A stretch of DNA of 63,464 nucleotides, the filler included, from Perkinsus chesapeaki ATCC PRA-425 (Eukaryota > Protista > Perkinsozoa), in assembly GCA_013115145.1 (NCBI GenBank). It is 11 parts of 11 records of this genome, joined end to end, with 100 filler letters (N's around TTAATTAATTAA, not from the genome) between each part and the next. Parts side by side here need not be neighbours in the genome. Positions count along the whole stretch, not along the records: positions 1 to 15,590 come from JAAPAO010000724.1; positions 15,691 to 29,624 come from JAAPAO010000770.1; 9 more parts are not named here. One strand, given 5' to 3'. The position numbers and the translations under genes were made by a program. Below the pieces are notes generated by a model that saw only the letters and a list, made by a program, of their open reading frames with translations, had not been told where the DNA came from and ran no database searches. Shown here in pieces: positions 12,837 through 25,258 of this stretch. Numbering within the stretch: the stretch's first letter is position 1; each line of letters opens with the position of its first letter.

Positions 12837-14304
12837 GAATCCAAATTCAATTTGAGTTTGGATTCTGTTATTGATTTGATTACTCAAGTAATCTTGATTA
12901 CTCAAGATTTGAGTTACTCAAATCTTTACTCTAGCGGACCCACCAGTAGCCGCAAGTGGGATTTTCAGCTGCTCTGCCCAGAAACTATTTGCCATAAATT
13001 GTGAGAGTGTTAAATCAACAATGCGTTTCTAGCCGTCCTTGCGGGAGAGAATACTGGTGATACGACGAAAACTCTTCACATTATAATGCTTTTCATTTGA
13101 AAGCATCGTTAACAAGAGTGCAAACAAAACAAAATCCTCTCGTTAATGGCACAGTAATACTGACCTTCATCTGTTTCATCGTCTTTCTTTGGAGGTTATC
13201 AAAATGTACAATTCATTTCGGCCCAACAACTTATTGGAAACGAATATCGTTTTTCGTTCTCTATCACTCGAGTAATGTATTGATAATCTGAAGTGGGGGC
13301 GCGCGGACTCGGAAAAGGATACGTGCGGTCGAATTCCCGCCTAACACGAAGAGGGACCCTGCTAGGCACCAGCCAGCTGCCGGCAAGCTCTCTAGCAACG
13401 TACTTGCTCGTAATGAGGATCAAGTCCTCTTCTGAAGAGGCTCTGCGTAGTACGTGCTTACAGCCAGCGGGGTCACTCTTTCAGATGTTTCTTGGGATTT
13501 GTATGCCTTCTATTTGTGAAGCCGAGAAAAAGGATAGATGGTGTTCATCCTAAGTATGATATTGTATCGTATCACTGGATGCATTCCCCTCGCACCTCTT
13601 TGTAGGAAAGAGCTGGTCTCATATCTACCGCTCGAGCTTTGCGAAGCTCGCTTTTCAAGGTTTCAACTTAGACGCGAGAGACAGGAGCTTTGAGTTCTGG
13701 AATGTGTAAAAAGGGTCTCAATCGATACTCTACATGCAACGTTGTCATAGCCTATCATGTCAGCCAGTTCGGCATAACAGACTCGGAAACTAAGTTCCCG
13801 AAACTTCTCTGACTCGGTAACTCTCAAGGTTGTAGTCCTCAAAGTGATCGCGGCCTCAACGAAGAACTCTAGCTGTGAATAGTCCGAGGATTGAAGAGTC
13901 GTTAATCCTTGGCGTGCTGTCACACGGAGCTGTGACCCAAAATAAACAAGTAATGGAATCAATCCAGAAACTCGGAACCGGATAGGAATTTCCTATTAGG
14001 AAACCAGAGCTTCAACATAATCGAGTGAGCATGGAATTCTATATAAGATAATAAAATTAGAGGGGCGAAGGAGGTACGAATCGTACCATACAACGAAAGG
14101 ATAGTTAAAGTGGAACCGGGTCACAGTGTGGTGCGACGCTCAGATTCTTATAGTGTCGCTATAAGTTGGCAGCTGTGCATTCCCTCAAGGTTACACCGGC
14201 GCCGAGCGTCCGGGACTCAAGGCTATAGCTAAAACTCAAGGTGTTCCGGAAAAGGAAATGTTAGATGAAATGGAAAAGTGGGGAAAAAGGACGAATGTGG
14301 AAAA

Positions 14305-14612
14305 GTAGAAGAATCGTGGGCAAGACATTGAGCGACTATCGTATTTGTATACGTCGCGCTAAACTGCCTTCTTCGATCAGTTCTTTATTCCAAACCGGTT
14401 GGACCTCCTTGCTATCTAGATTCTAGCTTCGTCACACACATCTGTACATGCGGGGGCAACGGCTGGTAGCCAGCATGCAGTTGGGTGAAGCTTGCACTTG
14501 ATGATCTGTATGAAATTTCTTATCAGGACGGCTTTTCATGTGGCCATACGTCATGCCTCTGCAATAAAAGCTGCTCTCAAGATTCCAGGCCCTCCTCAGG
14601 GAAATCCTAATG
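14305..14612 (+). pseudogene. Degenerate inverted paralogue of the Cys-rich secreted gene at 5945-6589
   Basis: Encodes LYSKPVGPPCYLDSSFVTHICTCGGNGW*PACSW|DGFSCGHTSCLCNKSCSQD with the same intron positions. Premature TAG at 14467-14469, a small frameshifting deletion, and no 5' exons. Confidence 0.8.
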
Positions 14613-15590
14613 GGCAATGGCATGGAGCCCTGCTCTGAGCATGATGCGCTTCAGTAGCTGACGATGAGGACTTGCTTTTCGTCACAGACAAAAGCGTTGC
14701 GTGCTCGAGAGCTGGTTTGATGAGTCATGATTCGGAATCATTGAATCCATGGCTGCAGCCTGCAGATGATGCTCGTAGTGTGAAGCAAGAGCCTTTTTGG
14801 TGTTAGTTTCACATTTTTAGATGGGACCTCTCCCATCGTATCGTTCGCTGGGTCTGCGGCCCCCACCGCGGTCCGCGGATTGCAAATACATTTCTTAAGC
14901 AATACACAGCGAAACGTCATACTTGCGATGTCGAAATGAACAGTACAATTACCCCGGAAGAAAGATGGAAGTGCAACTACTGTATGACGAAATATTGCTG
15001 CGGCAGTAACGATAGAAGGAGGTTCCGTTGTTACTATTGCCAACTATGCTCCTCATATTATCGCCCTATTATCCTCTCCAAGGATAACTGAAAAGGCATC
15101 ACACAATTTCATAATTTCCGGTACATAATTCACAAGCAGATGAGCTGACAAAGCCCCACTAGCAGCTGCCGAGGCTCCATTAGGGCGAGCCATTTGAATT
15201 CCGAATGTATTTTGAATTTAAATACCCGGTCTCAGATCCTGTAGATTTGTTGGTGTTACCCTCCTGATAGTCAGGAGTTCAGAGCAGTCTCTGAACTCGA
15301 ACCAGTCCTATCAGTATAAACACTTGTTTACGCGTCAATGCTGGCACTGCTTGAGGTGGGACCCACGCACGCTTAGGCTTAAGTTAGGTTCTAACTTCGA
15401 TTCGTGCGTTCATTTGAATATGAGCCTTGTCTTCCTTACAGACTTTGCAGTGCACAGTCGGAATGCCTTCTTCGAAGACGGATGACGAACGCAACACTCG
15501 CAAGGTCAAACTGGACAGTACAATACAATTACTCCCGAGAGTAAATGAAGAACACAGTAACAGGGAGGTCTGCTTAAGCCTTTACTGTTC

Positions 15591-15690
15591 NNNNNNNNNN
15601 NNNNNNNNNNNNNNNNNNNNNNNNNNNNNNNNNNTTAATTAATTAANNNNNNNNNNNNNNNNNNNNNNNNNNNNNNNNNNNNNNNNNNNN
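15591..15690. other. Artificial contig linker (44N-TTAATTAATTAA-44N); same linker at 29625-29724, 32675-32774, 36049-36148, 37262-37361, 38443-38542, 43921-44020, 46502-46601, 47997-48096, 59386-59485
   Basis: Ten identical 100-bp spacers whose 12-mer has stop codons in all six frames. This is an assembly concatenation convention. Confidence 0.98.
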
Positions 15691-16445
15691 GCTGTGAACT
15701 TCAAGGGTAGTGGAGCCTCACTGGCTCTCCTAGGAGGAATTGCTGCAGTCATTTCAAGCTTTGCTCTCGGCCAAAAGAAGCCTGGTGCCATGGAACGTCC
15801 GATCTTGGAGGCAGCTACTAAGAAAATCGTGGACAAAAGTGGGAATAAACTTGATATGAATCTGACGGATGCCGGACTTGCTATTGAGAGAAAGGTTCGT
15901 AAGGCCTCTGATAACGCCCAAAAAAACGGAGCTTGAGATCCTGATGAGACATATTAGGATAACCGGTGCCAAGAGCTAAGTGTTTACATGATTTTAATGT
16001 TGTTGATGTCTTCTGTGTTCGCGAGAAGTTTTTGAGTTTCAAAGTTCCACAAGATGAACCTCCAACCAGAGTGTGATCAACGAACCCGAAAACACACCAA
16101 GGTGGTTATATGGTGAAAGTATTCCATTACGTCCAATGGACGTCGTCCATATACCCTTGTGCTCGCATCGCGTGAGTTTCCAAATTGGAAATTACTCAAA
16201 GTATGTATGTTGGTGAATGAACGAAGCGCATTCTGTGAAATTCCATCTGATTTACGTAGATCACATATTCTGCCAGCAGGAATGGAATGTAGCTGGTGTC
16301 AAGAGGTTCTATTCCTCCTGTCAGAAGCCACGTGCGCTACCAGAGGTTCATGTAGAGCTACCCAAGCAAATGAACGTCTGCCGGATAGGCTGTGTCTCAC
16401 TGTTTGTAGGGAAACTCTTCACCAGTGGTCATTCAAACTTTCCTA

Positions 16446-18088
16446 ATGTCTTCGTCGCTTGACACCTTCACAGCATTACCGCGAGAGTGTTTTGGAACGT
16501 TCAAGATTTTCGGTAGGCGCAGTCTCCTTGTAGGGAAGGTGCCTCCGTATGGTCTCAAGTTAAGACTCTTTAGTAAAGAGTCTTAACTCAACTAATACTT
16601 GAAAGTCTTGAGAAGTCTCAGACTTCAAGTCTGCAATCTCCCGTTGCGACTTCAAGTTGTAAGTTGCAAGCTCCCTCTTAGGCGTGGCTTGCGAGTCCAG
16701 TGTATTCGAAGCTCTTCAAGTCGGCTATCGGTGGATCGACACAGCGTCGGTGTACAAGAACGAAGTTGAAGTTGGCCATGCGGTGCGGCGGTGGTTGAAT
16801 GAAACGAGCAACGAGAATAACGACATAATAACCGTCACGACTAAAGTGAGTCGAGGTGCCGCACCTCAGGTGCGGATGAATTTTTATTCTGATTCGGTGA
16901 GTTAGATTTCCCCATACGAGCTCCTCGATGCGAACTCGGCTGCATTAGCATGCTTGAAGCGGCTCTCATTGCCTTCGACGGTTAGGAAGATCATATTAAT
17001 TCACTGGCCAGGAGTGGCGAGAGAGAAGCATCATATGACCATACACCGAGAAGCTCGGAATGCAGCCTGGAAAGTGAGCAACGTCGAAGCTTGCAATACT
17101 TCTGAAACTGGATATCTCAGGTTTTGTGCGGATTGAAAAAGGAAGGATTGGTCGACGTTATAGGAGTTTCAAACTTCAACGTTTATCATCTCAAGTTGCT
17201 TGCTGATGATCTGTCTTCAGAAGTATGGTATGAGCAACCGGCCATCAATCAAGTTGAGATGCACGTCAAATGTCAGCAGAGGGAATTGATGAGGTGAGGA
17301 TTGCGATAGAAGGCAGGTTGTGAAGCAGGCAGCACTAGAATCTGTTAATCTAGAAGCCTTTTAAATTCACAGATTCTTTTAGTAAAAGGCTAGCAAGCGT
17401 GATTACCCGCACTGCTCGGAGACCCAGACTTCTTCATTGTTATAACACAAGTGACTGTTCTCAACCAGGGTCAACCCTGTTCTCAACCCATTGTTTTATC
17501 AATAAATAAACAAAGAACATTAAACAGTAACTAGCACAAGCTAAGGAAAGAAGACAGAGATTGTGTCACGGGATGATTGGGTGATAACAGGGATCAAGCG
17601 CCATTATAGGAGTAATTACTATTAGTCCCGAGGGGTTTTGTACAAGCCACTATGCGGCAGCCGCCTTGCGGCTCCAACTCGCTCCGTCGCAGCATTATAT
17701 TTCCTTCATTTAAATCCCCGAAATAGGCGTCCAAACGCATCAACATTGCTGGAATTTTCTGCCAGAAAATGTAGATTATCTCTCATTTAGATACTGCAAT
17801 GAGCATAGCATATTCCTTCAAGCCTATGCGCCACTTGGAGGCCTCGGAGCTCCCCTGCTGTATGACATCGGCGAGGCACTCCAGCTCGACGTGTCAAGCA
17901 GTGCTGCCGTACTGTTGCAGTTCATCGCGGGCTGCTGTGATTCTGTTGTCGTGAAGTCGCAAACTCCAGAACGGATACGCGACAACTTTCTGAATTTGCA
18001 ACGCTCTCCTTCACCGGAGCTGCGCGAGAGGCTCTCCAAAATGGATGAGAACTTTCACTACTGCTGGGACGCTTGCAATGTTGTGTAA
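16446..18088 (+). CDS. Aldo-keto reductase family protein (5 exons)
   Basis: Spliced motifs: [60 protein letters not shown] and [15 protein letters not shown]. Introns include 16513-16681 and 17294-17790. Confidence 0.9.
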
Positions 18089-21000
18089 TCGTTTCCCTAA
18101 CGAGCGACTCGTGTAAGTCAGTGTCCCACACGAGTAATTCCTGTACGGAATCGGGTTCGCAAAAAAACTATCAAGATAATTGATTCAAGGCTTGGGGAGC
18201 ACGAGTGCTTGGAGTCTAATAGTATAATACTATTAGTATTAGGCGCCCAGCATAGGGGGGCAAAGGGGGAACGTGCCCTCCTGGGTTGACAGGGAGGGGG
18301 TGCTCTGCCCCCCAGGGTGTGGGGGGGCAGGGTTAGTTCGAGAATGCGTCCTGAGTTGCACGGGCCTCGTTCATTTCGCTCCCAGTAGTTGCCCATCAAA
18401 CTAGGAAACCCCAAAGGCATTCGATAGCGCCGCGAAGTCGAGAGTAGCGATTGTTTTTCTTATTGAAATTGGTACGAATTGTGTTCCCGGCAGCCCGGCG
18501 GGCTGCCTCTTGTATACTGCGGTGTCAGATTCTTGTATTACTTTACAAGAAATGACAAGAAATTCTCGTCTGAAAGTTTCAGACTGAAACCGTGCTGTTT
18601 TTCCTCACCGAGCTACCTATCATCCTCATTGTACTAGACCCTGATAACCTAAGTGTAGCTTCAGCGCTCTGGAGAGGGTCAAGAGCGCCTTACGGGCAAC
18701 CATGAAAGATGAGGAATGAGATTGACTATTTCGTTGTCACATTCACAGAGATGTCGTTTATCGAATAGAATCGAAAAAAAACCGCCTACGATTTCACAGC
18801 CGGAGCTGACTTCAGGCGCAAACACTTCGCGTCTTCCCTGATGTTATAGGAGTTGGTACTCAAATCGAATGGACTTCACTCTTTGAGTTGAGAAAGCGAG
18901 AAAAATTTCCTCAACTCATAGGAAAAATTCTAGTTCTGAATTACTAATTGACACCATGTAACTTGTTTGGTACAAGGGACCCGGGCACCGGCGTCGGGCC
19001 CCGGGGTGTGCCCCCTGGGTTTCTGGAAGGCTGGCGCCTATTAGCCTAATACGTATCAACATATGTATTATATTACACAATACAGTAGATGAAGAAGATG
19101 TATTTTCGATTATACGTCGAATGATAAGAGCCGAATGACTTCGGGTTCTAAAGTTTAGAAGCAGCTTCAGGCAGCCGCTTCGTGCCACTGGCATGCCCGG
19201 CCACTGACCTGAGGCCAGCACGGTTCCTTTCATTGAAATGGTCCTTAACATACACTGTACATGGAGTAACACCATGTTTATCAGCAGTAAGGAGAGTCGC
19301 AGCTTCTTGGAGCTTCGTCTTCTTTAAGTTAGCGAGGAGTCGTCGTCGCGGCCGGCATGGTTGAGCCAGGTGAGGCGGGGATACCTCCTATAGGGCAGCG
19401 GGCAAGACAGTCTTCGATGGACTATCCATCATAGTGTTTCCGGACTCACTTCGAACTCGACTGAGCGTTAGTCATGATGGAAATAAAATGGATACTTGAT
19501 TACACTTACTACGTTCAAACTTTGCACACTTATATAGCCTGATGCTAAAGCTTAAAATACACACAATATTGTGACATCAAATAACACAAATAGTGTCCCT
19601 TCATATTGTGTGCCGGGTTGCAGATATACGAACTTCACCACAAGTTCAGGAGTCAGGCCTTAGTCCGCACACGTGTTGATGATGTGGCCTGGGGCAATAA
19701 CCTGTGACGAGGGCAGAATGGTGGGGGAGATCTCGAACTTGCCATACTTAGAGGCGTGGCATATGGAGTAGCAGAGAAGCCTGGGTGTGGTACCCAGGAG
19801 CTCTCTCTCGCGGCTCCACCACGCCATAGTGTTGGCCTTGATGGGGTCGGCGGTGAGTCTCTTGAGGGCTCTCTTGGAGATGTCGGTGGCGAGGTCCACG
19901 GGGGCACGTTTCGTGCCAGCACGGGGTTGTCATCTGCCATCGTTATCGAGCGGCTGCTATGATAGCACCAAGGTCATCGGCGACAGTCAGAGTAAGACAT
20001 TCGTAAGCAGTCACGACAGTCTATTTTTTGACCCTGAAGAACTTCGACAAACTTCGTCTGTAAAACAACCGTCTGAGATACACCGCCCTAAAGTAGTCAG
20101 CTATACTTTTGATAGTATCACGATCGTAGCCCATTAGGTGGAAGAACTCTCAAGTCCGACTCGAGTGCGGCGGAAGTGCTGCGAACTTCGCAGTGCGAAG
20201 TGCTTGATAGCGCCGGCAATCATCAATTGTGGCCTGGGACCAGAATACCGCGCGGGTTCCATCGATACTACCGGTACTATCGGTACTACCGGCGAAGCCT
20301 TGCAAGCTGGGGTTTTCTAGAGTAGCATATCTAACCATCCCGCATTTGTTAACGACCACAGTAAATTACTGTCAGTAATAAACGCAACATCACAATTTTC
20401 GATTAGTATCGAGAGCGAGACGTGCAATATATAACAATAATCCACCGCAGGATCCTGAAACGAGAGTGGCGGTCTGCCAGTCAGATCCTGACTAACATAA
20501 TTTGTTGTTTCGGCCGAGTAATACTCACTGCAGTACTGGTCATCATTGGCGCAGTGGGGAATCCCCCCACTGGGGATATCTGTCGTCGTTATTCTAACAG
20601 AGTCCACCAATAGCAGTGCTTTATACACAGACGATACCTGTGATTAACACTCATTTCCTTTAATAAATCTCTCTTATCCTGGGGAGTGTGCGATACAGGG
20701 GATCCTACGAATAAAAATCAAAATGGACAGCCTATGTGACGTTAAATTAAGGGCATATATAATGGATGGACTCACTTCGACCGTTGATCCCAGACACATA
20801 GCCAAGCGTTCTTCGTCCACTGGATATAGCGATGGTTTATGGCATAAAATTTATGCGCTTGGCGGGTTCTGGTTTCCCCGTAGCGATTGGCGACTAAGGT
20901 TGAGAAGGCCCGGACAGGCTGAGGAAGGATTCAGCATGTTGAGCACCTCGAGTCAACCTACGGGAGTGTTTTTGATTCAGAATATGTCTGGGTGTTTTAA

Positions 21001-23416
21001 TGGGTCGTTTCTATGTAAAGCACCAGGCAGAACAGGCATATCTCTCTTCTCAACGGATGACAAGCTCGAACTGCCACCATACTTGTCGTCGTGGTTAAAC
21101 GAAGGCCCTAACACACGCCATCTCATGAAAGCGGCGTAGAAGGGGCCTCGAAGTTGCGTGGCTCTGGAGAAAGTACTAATCGAGGCAAGCAAAAAATAAG
21201 GATGTCTTACAGCTACGTCCTTGAAGGCGTACTGTTTGGAGCACGCCCAAACTTCGAGCGTCAGTTCAGTCTCGCCACGAAGCATTGGTGGAGCCAAATT
21301 CATAGCATTATCATCTGCGCCTCTGACGACGGAGAAGAGTAGCTCTTGAGCCGCTCAATCCTCTCAAGCGTGTGAAAACCTCCTTATCCATATTATATGG
21401 CTCATATATCCGGCTAGGTAGAACGCGGCTCGGACTTGATCCTAGCCAAGTGTTACTAGGTGTCAAATCAGTTACAGTATCGTTTATCAGTTACACTGAA
21501 GTATCCGTTAAATGTGACTTGTACGCTAGTTCACTTAATTGGCTCATTCGCTTGCGTACCTTGATGTGCACTATGACACTGTAGACTGCAGCGGGCGATT
21601 CCCGCAGTCTACAAGGGTTGACCGCTACTAACGCTCTGTATCGCGGGTTAATCCACAGGAACTGCACAAGCGACTTTCTTGTTGATTATCCTTTCTATCA
21701 ACCGAGTGACTCGGTCCGAGTCTCGAGGCCTGGGGTGTACATTTCGCCAGAACGAGATTACCGTCCATTGAAAAAAGGAAAAGAGTATATCGAGTGAAGA
21801 GCTGGTGAAAACCAAACATACAGTAGCATGAAAAACGATCGAAAACCTGTTGTCAGCAAGTGCTCGTCTTAATGCGAGAGATCAGTTAGAGCTTGAGACT
21901 ATCTTCAAGTTCAATGTGTGACACATGTGTCTGACGCCAGAGGCTCTGACTCAGAGCCCGCTTGCAACACTGTTGCTGCAACAGCCAAGTTCGTACTGCA
22001 AAGCCGATAGAAGTTCTAGAACCACGATAGGATATCGTTGACAGCACGCTTCGTGCTGCACAAATAAGACACCACGAAGAACAACAGGAAACTGCAACTT
22101 GAGTTTGATTGTGGGACTCTGAGCATTTCTCGTATCACACTAGATTGATGCACCTTTTCTCGCAGATATACTGTGAATATCTAGCCTGCCAACATGACGA
22201 CCAAATTACTGTACATGAGATTACAGTACAGTGCAATTACAGTACATTGCAGTTGGCTAAAATGAGTCTCATTACCAGTCAGCGGCTGACTGTCAGCCAG
22301 TCCGACTGGCCCAGTCGCCGTAGCAACAGTGCATTTATCGGTTCACTGAGTAGAAATCACAGGGGGGTATTTAAGAACTACCTGAGGAATCAACTTACTG
22401 CGAGCTTGGTTTCGTAACGAAACCGTGTAACACGAGCGATTTATACCAGATACGGATTTCTTAGCACGCCAACGATTAAGTTCTTCCAGTGGGTAACAGA
22501 ATTTTTTTGGCTTGGTTCTCAGTCTAACAACTTGTTGGCAACAACTCAGGTGAGACGTCGTGGTTGTACGTCTGTCGAATGCAAGAGTAACTGAGCACTG
22601 CTTAGTGTTTACTAAGCCCTTAGTATCGAGTGCTCTCTAAGCTGGTGGAAACTAGAGAAAGGGTTGCGTCGATAAAGCTGTTGAATAGCTCGGGAATGTG
22701 TACGACTTATCGGTGTACGAAGTTGAAGTGTATGTCTCGAGTGTATGTCTTATGTGTACGAACATACGGGATATGACTTCCTCAGCGGAACTCCCACTAA
22801 GCTACCGTCTACACTACTTACAGCAGACTGCTTGCACAGTTTCATTAATTAATAATACTCTAGGTCGGAATGAAACGGCTGGCACGCATACACATTGTAG
22901 CACACGCGTACCCTTATCGCCTTGCAGTCATAATAACTTGTTATGTTTCTAACAAACCTCTCCAGGCAGGAGTCCTTACGGCGCTGTCAGTACCAGTCGT
23001 TATACACCCTCACTGACGATATTAATCTTCCTCAAAAATTCGTAGCAGTCAGGCTACATTTCGTGGTTGCACTGAATCGGTTTTATCATCCAGACCTACT
23101 TATTTCTCCCGGGGAAATTCCCCGGCATTAAGAACCTCCTTGATGTCCGACAAGAGGGATGTCTCTTCCACCACGCGTGGTTCTCTAGCACCACTGTGCT
23201 ACACCAGGAGACTTCGGGTAACTTTGCAATCCCCTCCAAAGTTGCATTGTTACCAGCACGCGAATCAGCTACTGCGTCACCAAAATCATCATCTAAACCA
23301 TCTTCTAACTGGGCTCATTCGTTGATGTTGGTCCGCTACATCCGCTTCCAACTGTAGCACGTTTTTTCACCGAAATTACCTCGCAGTGGATTCTCGAGCA
23401 GCTCCAGTTAGCATTG

Positions 23417-23749
23417 ATGACCATCTCAACGATCCTCGTGATCCTTCTAAATACCGCGGCACTGGGCTCTGCGGCACCTCGTGCCCGTCATCCTTTCTCT
23501 GGTCGCACATATTGTAGATACGTTAGATTTCAAAGGTACTACGAGTTTATGTTCTTCCACGATGAATACGACGTTGTCGAGATCAAAATGATTCTTACGA
23601 ACCTTGAGGATATTGCGCAGTGGTCGACCTATTACGAATACAACAACCAAACTCATTACCTATCAATGATCACTGGACCCAACGACGTCGGCTCCCCTTT
23701 CTGGGATCCTAAATGGTGGACCAAGTTCATCTTTCATGAAGATGAATGA
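23417..23749 (+). CDS. Secreted protein of a Perkinsus-type family (HPxxGxxYC), possibly truncated by a premature TGA
   Basis: Signal peptide MTISTILVILLNTAALG followed by HPFSGRTYC. The same frame continues after TGA 23747-23749 (LLLEGLLAIDG...). Confidence 0.55.
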   Translation: MTISTILVILLNTAALGSAAPRARHPFSGRTYCRYVRFQRYYEFMFFHDEYDVVEIKMILTNLEDIAQWSTYYEYNNQTHYLSMITGPNDVGSPFWDPKWWTKFIFHEDE

Positions 23750-23968
23750 TTACTGTTGGAGGGACTGCTGGCGATAGATGGTTCAAACGGTGCCACTATC
23801 CTTCCACGATCTGGCCCTTTGATACTGCGTAACCCCCTAGGTAAACTCACTTGGTGCTCCTCCTACTTGTCAACTCTCTCAACCTCACTTTCTTCGTTGG
23901 GCTTTGTTGTTTATCTTGCCCAGAGTAAATCACAGTGAAGGAAACACTACAATTTTGTAGCCATTGCC

Positions 23969-24093
23969 CATCACCGTTTCTGTACTCGCTATGATTCACA
24001 GTCCTTGTAGTCTCTGTAAATCACAGTTTTTGTAGTCTTCGTAGATGGCAGTTTTTGGAATCTCAGTGAATCACAGTTTCTGTATGCTCTGTG
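23969..24093. repeat. Degenerate 25-bp minisatellite, 5 copies
   Basis: Units such as AATCACAGTTTTTGTAGTCTTCGTA start at 23969, 23994, 24019, 24044 and 24069. Confidence 0.75.
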
Positions 24094-24372
24094 AATGTTG
24101 TCGTCTGATGACACTCGTAGGATCTTTCGTTACAATACTTCTTGAGTTGAGTAACTATTAGTAACCAGCACTTGCTCGGTTAGGAACTAATACTGGAACT
24201 ACTACACCATTTCCAGATCAAGTTAGTGAAACCCCGGAGCAATTAAATAAAGCCGAGACCATATTAGCAATACTGTACTATCGCTCTGAGAGATAGTATT
24301 TCTCTATGTAACGATTTTTTGTTAAGCCATTACTCAGAGCTCAACTCGAATATCGCAGTGGCTGACCCAGCA

Positions 24373-24867
24373 CTAGAAAGAGCTCGCAGAGAGAGCTTCA
24401 AGTTGGTACCTTACTTCACTTGTCAACGCTTGCTGTTTCCCTTTTATTCCCTTTGCAGCCAACGCTAAATTCTGTAGCAGCCCAAGGGACAGCGGTTCTG
24501 CTTGTTTTGGGGCACCCGCTCTCCGAAGGCAAGCCGCTCGGATTCTCCTTTCATACGCCCTTTGGCTACTCGTCAATTCAAATCCCCTCATCTCGTTGAA
24601 TACAATTGCAACCATTAAATAATCCGCCGCTGATTTGTAACCAGAATCCCGGAGAGCGGCTGTCACCCTTTCCATCTTTTTCTCGTCCAATGGAAACGGT
24701 TCAACCCCCATATTCCGGCTCAGCTCCTCCCAGAGTCTCAGCCGAGACCGATACGTTGCCTTTGTGCTCTCAGACAGCATAGCATGTTGCATTTCCCGAA
24801 CCTCCTTGTCCAGCTCAACCGCGTGTACTGGCTTTGTAAGATACCGCGCACGTTTCCTGCGAGACAT
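24373..24867 (-). pseudogene. Tyrosine recombinase N-terminal (core-binding) part of the DIRS element, catalytic domain missing
   Basis: LSESTKATYRSRLRLW...PFPLD...ALRDSGYKSAADYL...KQAEPL is typical of DIRS YR N-termini. No R-H-x-x-R/Y catalytic motifs follow. Confidence 0.75.
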
Positions 24868-25258
24868 GCTAAACCACTCTGAAAATCAGGAAATTGTTAA
24901 CCAAGAATCAACCCCAAACGGAAGCCATCAGCAAATGGAAGCAGCCAACACCTTCCAGTCCCCCCCGTTTGCTGCACCTCCAACACAGGAACAATCCGTC
25001 GCGAGCCACCTGCTCAGCGAGTTCGCATGAAAGAGAATAGCCACCTGCTACACTCAAACAACGCAACCGATAATCCTGAACCAGATTCACAAAGACAGAT
25101 CCGAGAGGCACGCACTGCAGGCTAAATGTAATCGTCACAATCACAAAAAGCCGTCATCCACGAGTGGCATCACCGCCCGGATCCGGGAACCCTGACCACT
25201 CCTGGTCCTCCCGGCCCAGATAAAATAGCGCCCAAACACGGGGCCAGAAACGCACCCA

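Noticed and set aside
15635-15646. TTAATTAATTAA recurring ten times as a possible dispersed repeat or array
   Set aside because: Always centred in 44+44 N. It is an artificial six-frame-stop linker, and ORFs crossing it are artefacts.
17438-17589. TGTTA...TAACA segment in the long AKR intron as a solo LTR
   Set aside because: The flanks (TTCAT / GGGAT) give no target-site duplication and there is no second copy in the window.
19400-21340. Several medium ORFs (e.g. 19660-19899, 20317-20628, 20723-21139)
   Set aside because: Probably exons of host genes, but I could not assemble a consistent model or recognise a family, so no feature was called.
21580-21614. Strong hairpin TGTAGACT..GCGGG/CCCGC..AGTCTACA as a Helitron 3' end or terminator
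   Set aside because: No CTRR terminus at the expected distance on either strand, no U-tract, and no supporting element features.
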